Origin: Octopus vulgaris
Lineage: Eukaryota
Assembly (NCBI GenBank): GCA_951406725.2
Contig: OX597815.1
Location: 208,754,001-208,818,000 of the forward strand
Direction of reading: 5' to 3'
DNA: 64,000 bases
The notes under the pieces are model-generated. The model had not been told where the DNA came from. It did not search any database and was given only the letters and a program-made list of their open reading frames with translations. The position numbers and the translations under genes were made by a program. Numbering within the stretch: position 1 is the first letter of the stretch; the number at the start of each line of letters is the position of its first letter. Of the stretch, positions 53,972 through 64,000 are shown piece by piece.

Positions 53972-54153
53972 TAAAAATAATGACAATAACAATAACATCG
54001 AAAAATACCCAGGTTTGAAATTTCCCCATGACACCTCAAGAAGGCTGGAGGGTATATCAGCCGAGTCGTTGTGTTAACTAACAAGCTGAGGCCAAATATC
54101 CGTCGAATGTAAATAATGTACATAATTCCTCATCTCTTAAATATAGAACTGTA
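53480..54153 (+). mobile_element. tRNA-head / hammerhead-tail chimeric element, copy 1
   Basis: TSD tctctggaagata (53467, 54157); inverted partial tail and head at the 5' end; head from 53514; mutated hammerhead at 54031-54074; homologous to 63386-63841. Confidence 0.75.
53636..53930 (+). mobile_element. 5'-truncated R4/Dong LINE nested in the (AAT)n of the chimeric element
   Basis: EIQKIVLMGTAHIIRKILSM* C-terminus and 3' UTR, flanked by (AAT)n. Confidence 0.8.
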
Positions 54154-54330
54154 TTATCTCTGGAAGATAATTACCACATTTGTAAACAGGCAGAAGGGCA
54201 TCTGGCTGTAGAAAAATAAATAATAAAAGAACTCAATGCCATAACCTATTCTTGCCTGACCCATGCAAGCATGTAAAAGCAAACTTGAAAACATTGATGC
54301 AAATGATGTTGATGATGATGACAATATTAA

Positions 54331-54560
54331 GGGGGTGAGCTGGCAGAATCATTTGCACACGGGACAAAATGCTTAGCAGTATTTCATCTGTTGTTATGTT
54401 CTTAGTTCAAATTCTGCCGAGGTCGAGTCACCTTTCATCCTTCCAGGGTCAATTAAATAAGTACCAGTTATGCACTGGGATTGATGTAATCAACTTAATC
54501 TCTTTGTATGTCCTTGTTTGTCCCCTCTATGTTTAGCCCCTTGTGGGCAATAAAGAAATA
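54331..54560 (+). mobile_element. SINE family B, monomer
   Basis: Full head-to-tail match to the 49994 unit. Confidence 0.88.
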
Positions 54561-54567
54561 TATATAC

Positions 54568-55810
54568 ATACATTCCCGGACTAGTTCTGTAGTGTGCCAA
54601 CAGATGGCAGCACATGGTTGCATGCACAGTGGGAGCTAGCAGTGACATTGCTGTCTTTACTTTGCAAGTTGTGAAATTTCCATTTTTGTGATCATGCGTA
54701 TGCTTTAGTCGATGATTTTCTCATAGACAAGAACAAAGAGACAACATGAAATCTATACATATAAAGCTGAGGTTGTCTGTCTGTGTGTGACAGGTTTGGT
54801 AGCCTTCAACTAACGCTATCTCCTCTGAGACCCTGTGACGCAAATTGACTAAAATTGAAAGTATGATAGAAGAAGGTTTGCTCTTCATTCTGTAGAAGAT
54901 AAAATTCAAATCGGACCATGTTAAGACCAAAAATTATTTGCATCAAAAAGGTGATTTTTTAAAATAAAAGTGCCCTATTTTTTACGAATTTTTGACTGCT
55001 GTGTCGCCATTTTTCAGTGTATTTCAACCAGAAAAATGTTTACTTATAGAGACATAATGCAAAATTTTTACTTTGCAAAAAAGATTGAAACTATGTCAAA
55101 ACTTTGTTAATGCGACATCAAAGTCTGCCGTTTTAAGCACAATTAAAAAACAAACCCAAGCAACTCCAGGCTATACTGCTAGTTTTATGATAAACTTGAG
55201 AAGTCGGCTACGGAGACATTGGAGCATGCTTTGGCAAGATTATGGCAACAACACAATAGGTCGTATGGAACGTTTTGAGTGTCATGGGTGAAGAATGTCT
55301 ATGGAAGTCGATGAGCAATCTGGAAAACCTGGCATGAGGGTCACCTCCGAAAATATGGTATTGTGCATTGAGAATTCATTCCCCAGGGTCAGACGGTCAA
55401 TCGATTTTTACTGCACCGTTTTGAAGCATTTGATGGAAGAAATTCGATGAAAGTGACCAAATCTGTGGAGCATGAAAAATTTGACTCTTTAAGACGACAA
55501 GGCACCCTGTCACTGAGCACTCTTCATTCATGAGCTCCTTGTCAAAAACAACGGGATTTTGCTTCTGCACCTGCCCTATTCACCAGATTTAGCACCTGTG
55601 GACTTCCATCTCTTCCGCAAGATGAAAATGCTGCTCAAAAGTTGCCATTTTAACACCATTGTCGAGATCATAGAAGGTCCTTGATTCCCTTATGGGAAAC
55701 TATTTCTGGACCGGATTCCAAAATTGGCAGGAATGCTGGGACCACTATTGCTGTGGAAGGTGACTATTTCGAAAAAAAAAGGGTGTTAAAACTGAGGTAA
55801 ACGAGTTATT
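54568..55810 (+). mobile_element. Degenerate mariner transposon interrupted by a Helitron
   Basis: EQRDNMK|F..KSATETL..; C-terminal DDKAPCH..LHLPYSPDLAPVDFHLF.KMK motif. Confidence 0.88.
54752..55182 (+). mobile_element. Non-autonomous Helitron
   Basis: A|TCtatacatataaag ... ccaagcaactccagg ctatactgCTAG|T; removing it restores atg aaa ttt of the mariner; no TSD. Confidence 0.85.
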
Positions 55811-56090
55811 TCATCATCATCATCATCGTTTAGCATCTGCTTTCCATTCTGGCATGGGTTGGACATTTCAACTGGGGTCTGGGAAGTCAGAAGGCTGCAT
55901 CAGGCCCAGTTTGATCTGGCAATGTTTCTATGGCTGGATGCCCTTCCTAACGCCAACCAGTCCATGAGTGTAGTGGGTGCTTTTTACGTGCCACCGGCAC
56001 AGGTGCCAGACGAGGCTGGCAAACGGCCATGATCGGATGGTGCTTTTTATGTGCCACTGGCACGGAAGCCAGTCGGGGCGGCGCTGGGAA
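55811..56090 (-). mobile_element. Family C (RTE 3' end)
   Basis: (CAT)n and ctggatgcccttcctaacgccaacc. Confidence 0.87.
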
Positions 56091-56429
56091 CGTTTTCATA
56101 CTGCTCCATAAGTGCTCACTTTGATACCTGGTGGTTTTGAGTCCAGTCTGGTTTTACCTCTCTCCCTCTCACCATTTTTGGAGGCCCAGTAATAAATCTT
56201 GGGCAATGATTTTCTTAGTTTAAAAGAAAATAAAATAAACAGGAAAGTTCTATCCATTCAGTAAAATTATCCATTTACTTTGATATATCTACCTACTAGC
56301 AGTAACAAAAACATGACCAATATTTTACTAAATCCACAGAGAATATCTCACTTCAGATTATGAATGCAGTTCTATTTTCGGTCAATTAAAATGAAAAAAA
56401 AAAAAAAAAAAAAATGTAAACCATTAGAA

Positions 56430-56430
<1 letters not shown>

Positions 56431-56460
<30 letters not shown>

Positions 56461-56576
56461 CTTCTTCTTCTTCTTCTTCTTCTTCTTCTTCTTCTTCTTC
56501 TTCTTCTTCTTCTTCTTCTTCTTCTTCTCCTCCTCCTCCTTCTTCTTCTTCTTCTTCTTCTTCTTCTTCTTCTTCT
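56431..56576. repeat. (CTT)n microsatellite
   Basis: Direct reading; source of the poly-Ser ORF. Confidence 0.95.
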
Positions 56577-57969
56577 CATTATTATTTATTAAAAAAAATT
56601 GCTGGGTAATGGTTAAAAGAAACGCTAAATATATAAAATATCCATAATCTAGAAGTTTCTTATCTCCTAAGAGAATTTCTTTGAATGCTTCCTAAATACC
56701 AGTTACTTGGTTTCTTTGTCGATGATCTTTCCATTACAAAAACACCTTATTAGTGACATACATTTCCATGACCTATGAACAGCCTGCTTCAATTAGACAT
56801 AACTTAATTTTTGCCTCCATATTAGTCTTTCAATTAACTCCTATCTTTCTTGTATATACTGTGTAGCTGCACATTTTGTTGTATAGCTGGAATCTGCTAT
56901 TTTGGGGAATAATTTAGTCTTTGGTATCATGAATATTTTGGTTTAGGGTTATGCTTCTTTGGAGTGTTTCTTTTTTTTTTTTTTTATATAAATCAGACAA
57001 TAAAATGTATATCCTTTTGATAGTAAAGAAAATCTCTGAAGTTTCAAAAAAGTGGGACAAATTCACTTCTATGTTCTAATAAAATGATAATAATGATAAT
57101 AATGATAATAGTGATGATGATGATGATGATGATGACGATGATCCTGTCTACTAAAGGCACAAGGCCTGAAATTTTGGAGGAGGGTGACTTGTCGATTATA
57201 TCGACCCCAGTGTTTCACTGGTACTTAATCTATCAACCCCAAAAAGATGAAAGACAAAGACGACCTTGGCAGCATTTGAACTCAGAATGTAAAGAAAAAT
57301 GAAATGCCTCTAAGCACAATGCACTCAAACTCATACACAAGAGTATATTTGTGATCACACAAACAGTTGCTACATACCATATGTACATAAATGTTTCTTT
57401 TCATTTAAGTAAATTTCCAGCAGGAACCACCAGCATTTTGAATGGTTTATCTAGTCCACACATTTTTTAATTCAACTCAGAGGTCTCAGATACATTTTGT
57501 AAAGCACGTAGGAGCCTGTGGACCCCCAGGTACTGCATTTATGAAACCATGGAGTACCTTGGACCCTAGTTTGGTTACCATTGTCTTTGATATTATTTGT
57601 AACTTTACTAGACTTGAGTCTAGTAATTGATGTTTAAAACATCTCTCTATGGCTGTATCTTGCCTGAGTTAGTTCACTGGCAACAAGACACAGTTATCCG
57701 AATCAGATACATAATAAGATTGACCGAGAGCCAGTCATTAAAATATTTTCTCTAATAAGAACATATGTAAATGTCAGATTAATCAGATTTCTATAATGAC
57801 AAGATTCTCTCTCACATGCACACTCACTCATACATCTCACGCACGCACACACACACACTCACACATACGTACATGCATGTAAACACACAAATGATCATTA
57901 TAACGACAATATTCATATATGCCCACACACAAACAGCTATGCATACAATAACACACCTACACTTGTAGG

Positions 57970-58119
57970 CTCATATTCCAAAGACATACCTTCACACATA
58001 CCTATATATATACATATATATCATCATCATCATCATCGTCGTTTAACGATGATGATGATGATGATATATATGTATATATATATAGGTATGTGTGAAGGTA
58101 TATATATATATATATATAT

Positions 58120-58154
<35 letters not shown>

Positions 58155-58220
58155 CCTATACATACATGCTTACACTCATATCTTACACATACATGTTCCA
58201 AAGACATACCTTCACACATA

Positions 58221-58263
<43 letters not shown>

Positions 58264-58336
58264 AACTACCTATACATACATGCTTACACTCATATCTTAC
58301 ACATACATGTTCCAAAGACATACCTTCACACATACC

Positions 58337-58368
<32 letters not shown>

Positions 58369-58391
58369 CATATATATATATATATATACTC

Positions 58392-58423
<32 letters not shown>

Positions 58424-58447
58424 ATACACACACATATATATATATAT

Positions 58448-58480
<33 letters not shown>

Positions 58481-58565
58481 CACACATGCATATATATATA
58501 TATGTGTGTGTGTGTGTATAACTACCTATGCATACATGCTTACACTCATATCTTACACATACATA
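57970..58565. repeat. Compound minisatellite/microsatellite block with a central palindrome
   Basis: catacatgcttacactcatatcttacacatacat x3, ttccaaagacataccttcacacatacc x3, interspersed (TA)n. Confidence 0.88.
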
Positions 58566-59369
58566 CCTACACACCTATTCCTTCAAACGCACCTTTAGAA
58601 CAGCGCTTATCTATTCACCCACCGACACCAATAATGACATATGCACCTGAATGTCTAATACGGACATTCTTACCTATCCAGACACATACACAGTGCACAC
58701 TTACCCGCACACCTTATCAATTACATCAGATATGCACATACACATAGAGAACACTAGCATAGCTGTATTTGTATTTGTAGACACATCCAAACACAACCCG
58801 CCCCCTCACACACACACACACACACGCATGACACTACCCTACAGCTGTCTGCCGTTTTATAAAATCTAAGGGTGCATGTTTTACCTGGTTAAAAACTAAA
58901 TTTTTATAACCAGATTAAAACTTCACTTTATGGCCTTCCAACTGCCAAATAATAACGATTTCATATGCATTGTTTACCATATTTTAATGTACATGTGCAT
59001 ATGCATGTCATTTCTGTAACTTGCATATATATATATATATATATGCTGAACTATAATTGAACACCATTTGCATGTGCATTCATTACTGCATACAATTGTT
59101 GCAATAGATTAGCGCAATTACATCTGTACATGGACATATTTAATCGTACATTTAAATTTAGGGCTGTTTAAGTGTGCGCTTGCAGATCTTGCCCAAAATT
59201 ATTGTGTGGCTGTTGTTGTTGTTGTCCTCTGTTGCATACATGGTCATGTACATATGCATACATGCAGACATGGATGCAGGCATTCACTTAAACTGTAAGT
59301 CAACAGACACACACACATATATCTTTATATGTACAAACGCACCTACATACATGCACATGAGCACACGTG

Positions 59370-59414
<45 letters not shown>

Positions 59415-60205
59415 ATATATATATGTGTGCGTGTGTATGTATATATATGTGTGTGTGTATATATATATATACTTATCTTTATATGTACAAATACACACTT
59501 ACAGACACACACATGTGCACACGTGTACATAAATAATATATATATATATGTGTGTGTTTGTGTGTGTATGTATATATATCTTTATATATGTATATATATT
59601 TTGCTAAGAGCTGCAATTTGCATTTGGAAGTAAATGTAAATAGGAAGACGAATGCAAAAGTATTTGAGCAACAGTCGTTGGGGCAATGATCGGTTTTGTC
59701 TTAAAGAAAGAAGAAAAGTTGCCTAACTTGAAAAATAAACAAGTCGTTCCTCCTTTAATGAATTCTAATAATCATTTGCTGTCAATAATAAAAAAAAAAC
59801 TCTTGAATGAATATTATATGCGAGTATATATGCATGTGTGTGTGTGTGCGTATGCACACCTACTTTTTACGTTTGTGTATGTGTATCTGTATATTTGTAT
59901 ACATGTGTGTTTGTCTTTGTGCATATTGTATGTAGCAACTTTTTGTATGCTCACAAATATACTCTTGTGTATGAGTTTGAGTGCATCGTGCATTTGTATG
60001 TGCGTGACATGTTTTTGTGTGTGTGTGTGTGTGTTTTCTTTTCTGTAGGGATGTGTACTTTCGTGGTGCATTTGTGTGCGTATCTGCCTGTATGTATATT
60101 TTAGTGTGGGTGTGTGTGTGTGTGTGTGTGTGTGTGTAACACCAACACACTTTCCATTTCACTTCAGTTTTTATTTTGATGTTTAATTTAACTTGAGAAG
60201 AAATA

Positions 60206-60241
<36 letters not shown>

Positions 60242-60518
60242 GATATAAAAGGGCTATATATATGTATGGGTTATATATGTATGTATGTATGTATGTATGC
60301 ATGCATGCATATATATATGTGTCTTTATATACACTCATTTTTACATATATGTGTATGTATATATATATATATATGCATGTAAATATGTATGTGAATATGT
60401 ATGTATATATACATGTATATATATGTATATGCATGTATTTATTTGCGTTTGTATATACATATGTTTGTATGAATGTATGTACATATATGTATGAATGTAT
60501 GTATATATACATATATAT

Positions 60519-60561
<43 letters not shown>

Positions 60562-60651
60562 GTGTGTATGTATGTATACATATATAAATGTATGTGTGTG
60601 TATGTATACATATATAAATGTATATGTTTGTATATATATGTGTATGTTTGT

Positions 60652-60697
<46 letters not shown>

Positions 60698-61237
60698 AAA
60701 TAAATAAATATATGTATAATTTTTTTTCTTTTTTCTCATTTCCCTCTAAACTTCATTTACTTAAATAAGTGAATATTGTAATTTTGCCTCGATGACTTGT
60801 TTCTTACCGTTTTTTAATGGTCATCAATGTAATTCTTATACGTGTGTTTGTTCATATAGAGTAATTCTTTGAAATAATAACTTAATTTTCTCTCAGCACT
60901 GGAATTCAATTTGTAATAAATAATTTGGTTACACTGTTGATGGTTGGAAGCTCTGATCTTTTCTCTCGTTATGTGATTCTTTTTTTGTTTTATTTTTGTT
61001 TTTTTTTTGGGTCTTTTTGGTGTCATTTTCCTCAACTGTTTGTTAGAATTTTTATTGGAAATTTTCGGTCCTTTGGAAACTACGCATATAATTTCTAATA
61101 GCAAATGAGACCAGCTTGATATTATATTACCACTGCCTACATATATTAGCATGAAAGCCAATGAAGAAACCACTACATGGTTGTTTGAATTGCTAGATAT
61201 AGCAGCCTGAGCTTTTGTATATCATTTAGTACCGTTT

Positions 61238-61525
61238 TGGGTTCAATTCCTGGACCGGGTTTTGTGTTGTGTTCTTGAGCAAAACAATTTATTTCACATT
61301 GGTCCAGTTCACTCAGCTGTAGAAATGAGTTGCAACATCACTGGTGCCAAGCTGTATCGGTGCTTGCTTTTCCCGTGGATAACATCAGTGGCAGTGAGAG
61401 GAGAGGCTGGTATACATGGCCAAATGTTGGTCTTCCTTAAAGACTTACTGGACTTGTGCTTTGGAGAGGAAATTTTTAGATGCCATCCCATGGTTAATCA
61501 TGACCAAAAGGGGTCTTTACCCTTT
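61238..61525 (+). mobile_element. SINE family D, 5'-truncated
   Basis: Aligns to 7345-7628. Confidence 0.82.
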
Positions 61526-61558
61526 ACCTGAGTAAGAAAGAGATGTTCATGTTGGAAT

Positions 61559-61971
61559 ACTCTTTTACTCTTTACTCTTTTACTTGTTTCAGTCATTTGA
61601 CTGCGGCCATGCTGGAGCACCGCCTTTAGTTGATCAAATCGACCCTGGGACTTATTGTTTTGTAAGCCCAGTACTTATTCTATCGGTCTCTTTTGCCGAA
61701 CCGCTAAGTGACGGGGACGGAAACACACCAGCATCGGTTGTCAAGCAATGCTAGGGGGACAAACACAAACACAGACACAGAAACACACACACACGCATAT
61801 ATATTTATACATATATACGACAGGCTTCTTTCAGTTTCCGTCTACCAAATCCACTCACAAGGCATTGGTTGGCCCGGGGCTATAGCAGAAGACACTTGCC
61901 CAAGATGCCACGCAGTTGGACTGAACCCGGAACCATGTGGTTGGTTAGCAAGCTACTTACCACACAGCCAC
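61559..61971 (-). mobile_element. SINE family A
   Basis: Reverse complement of the 8779 element. Confidence 0.92.
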
Positions 61972-62084
61972 TGTTATAAGTATATTCAGTCATTGATGAC
62001 CCAGGTTTAAACAACGACACCAACATGAAAATATTTCATATTATTTACCGTTGTGACCGGCTTCCAACTTCGGCTGCAGTCACA

Positions 62085-62400
62085 ATGTCTACATGTCACA
62101 CTTCTCGATCTGTCATCACTGCCTCTAGGTTCCGGATACATTCTAGGCTGGTGTCTGTAGTCCAGTTGTTGATGTGTGTCAACATTTCCCTCATCTTACA
62201 TCACCATGAAGTGGCTTCCACAAGAGTAAATTGGATGCTACCATTGGAGGGTGGTGCATACACTGACCTGTCATCTTTGCCTGATTTCCTTGATAACTTT
62301 TGGCAGGTTTCCATAAAGGCATTCATTTGTTGCATGTTACTGCCTTTTCACATATAGGACTGTTCATAGCATCCTTGTGTTTGATAATTTCTTTGTCAGC
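62085..62400 (-). mobile_element. Degenerate RTE-clade LINE C-terminal fragment
   Basis: TRML*TVL..LYGNLPKVIKEIRQR..VASNLLLWKPLHG..LEAVMTDREV. Confidence 0.7.
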
Positions 62401-62464
62401 ATAGCTATAGAATAGCTGTTACATGGTAGTGAAACACAGACCCTAACAAAGGAATTATCAAATT

Positions 62465-62853
62465 CTAGCAGTATTGCCTGGCGTTGCTCGGGTTTGTAAG
62501 GGAAATAACTATAAAGCATTTTTAGAGAGTTATAGCAAAAAAATGCATCAAAAATGGGAAAAAAATGATGGTAAATTTTTTTAAAAATCGTTGACTAATC
62601 GTAGACATTTTTAGAGAGTTACTTTCCTTATATAATAGCGAAAAAATGCATTAAAATGAAAAAAAATGATGGTAAATTATTTTTAAAATTGTAGACTCAT
62701 CGTAGACATGCGCTAATACCCAGAAGGGCTCGATATGAATCACGACTATAAGATACCCGGTTTTGGTTAAACTGCACCGCAAAATGTGGGAGTAGTTAGG
62801 AATCTAAATCGTAGGAGACAGACAGCACACAACCTCACTTTTATATATAAAGA
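62465..62853 (-). mobile_element. Non-autonomous Helitron (same family as 31152)
   Basis: TC start, hairpin and CTAG end. Confidence 0.85.
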
Positions 62854-63385
62854 TTACATAGCAGAATTGTTAAAGCTTTGAAAGAGTATTTTGGTTTATT
62901 TGTTGTGAGTCTTTACACTCTCAGTTCAAATTTCACTGAAGTAAACTTTGTCTTTCACCCTTTTGGCACCAGTAAAGTAAAATAAACAGATGCAGCATGG
63001 AGTTTTGTCAGTGAACAGGTCGTGGTCTCAAAGCAATGAAAATATTTTGACAAATTTAATTAAAATTTTGAAGTGAATCTAACGGTGTTTTGTGTGTTTC
63101 TTAATTGGCTTATAAACACCATGTGGCTGCAGCGATACAAACTTCTTACCACACAGCTACTTCTGTGCCCTTGTCAGTACATTGCGAACAACAAGTTTGT
63201 ATAATTAATTCATCATACCCGAATCATATATAAACTGACCACAGCAGGAAGTGAATTGGAAGAATTATTAAACCCTTTTGATCTTAACTCACCTGAGCCT
63301 ACCTTAAGTTCTATGACACAACCTTCCTGATAATTTGTTTGAAACACCTGGCTAAATAATGACAGTTATTTAACTAAATTCTTTG

Positions 63386-63841
63386 TACAGTTCGATATTT
63401 AAGAGATAAGGAATTATGTACATTATTTATATTCGACGGATATTTGTCCTCATCTTGTGTGTTGTTAACACAACGCTTCGGCTGATATACTCTCCAGCCT
63501 TCATCAGGTATCTTGGGGAAATTTCATCACTCCATAATTGCCCACGGGCATATGGCGTAGTGGTTAAGAGCACGGTCTACTAACCCCAAGATTCCGAGTT
63601 CGATTCCAAGCAGTGACCTGAACAACAATAATAATAATAATAACAATAATAATACTAAAAATAATTATAATAATAATTATAATAATAATAACATTGAAGA
63701 ATACCTTAGAGATGAGAACCCAGGTTCGAAATTTCCCCAAGACACCTGAAGAAGGCTGGAGGGTATATCAGCCGAAATGTTGTGTTAACTACAAACAAAA
63801 TGAGGACAAATATCCGTCAAATGTAAATAATGTAAATAATG
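63386..63841 (+). mobile_element. tRNA-head / hammerhead-tail chimeric element, copy 2, with inverted left arm
   Basis: Inverted tail 63386-63525; A box tggcgtagtgg, B box gttcgattcc; (AAT)n; tail with hammerhead; TSD-like taaattctt(t/g)g. Confidence 0.8.
63742..63785 (+). ncRNA. Minimal type I hammerhead ribozyme motif
   Basis: acac CTGAAGA a ggctg-gagggtatat-cagcc GAAA tgtt gtgt; antisense twin at 63468-63511 has CTGATGA. Confidence 0.7.
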
Positions 63842-64000
63842 TAAATTCTTGGTTATATAAAAAAATTAATTGAAACAAAGGTAGTACATTTCAGCAGTAA
63901 TATGGTAGAAATATGGAGAAGAGTAGCAGACAAACTCCCTTGAAAAGTTTGGTTAAGTCCCTTTCCATTCTGAAACAAAATTCTTCATTGGTGGGCTTCC

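Noticed and set aside
56364-56609. Poly-Lys/poly-Ser ORF
   Set aside because: Poly-A and (CTT)n microsatellite

Overview
AT-rich eukaryotic (animal) non-coding DNA, probably a large intron or intergenic region. The repeat content (tRNA-derived SINEs with internal TA/TG microsatellites, RTE 3' ends with (GAT)n tails, Penelope-like palindromes) resembles an Octopus/coleoid cephalopod genome; this is an inference. No intact protein-coding gene is recognisable. Nearly all ORFs in the track are microsatellite or repeat read-through, and the few protein-like ones are transposon relics (Tc1 DD36E, mariner, RTE, R4/Dong, APE of a CR1/L2-type LINE). The window also holds hAT and piggyBac-type MITEs and four non-autonomous Helitrons. 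The most notable signal is a set of minimal type-I hammerhead-ribozyme motifs in Penelope-like palindromic repeats. Two copies (53.5-54.2 kb and 63.4-63.8 kb) belong to a chimeric element: tRNA/Pol III head + (AAT)n + hammerhead-bearing tail, inserted with an inverted partial copy and a TSD. Other observations are a ~283-bp near-identical inverted repeat 23 kb apart, multimeric SINE arrays with recurrent junctions, and several weak candidate + strand exons. Repeat boundaries were read by eye and are approximate.
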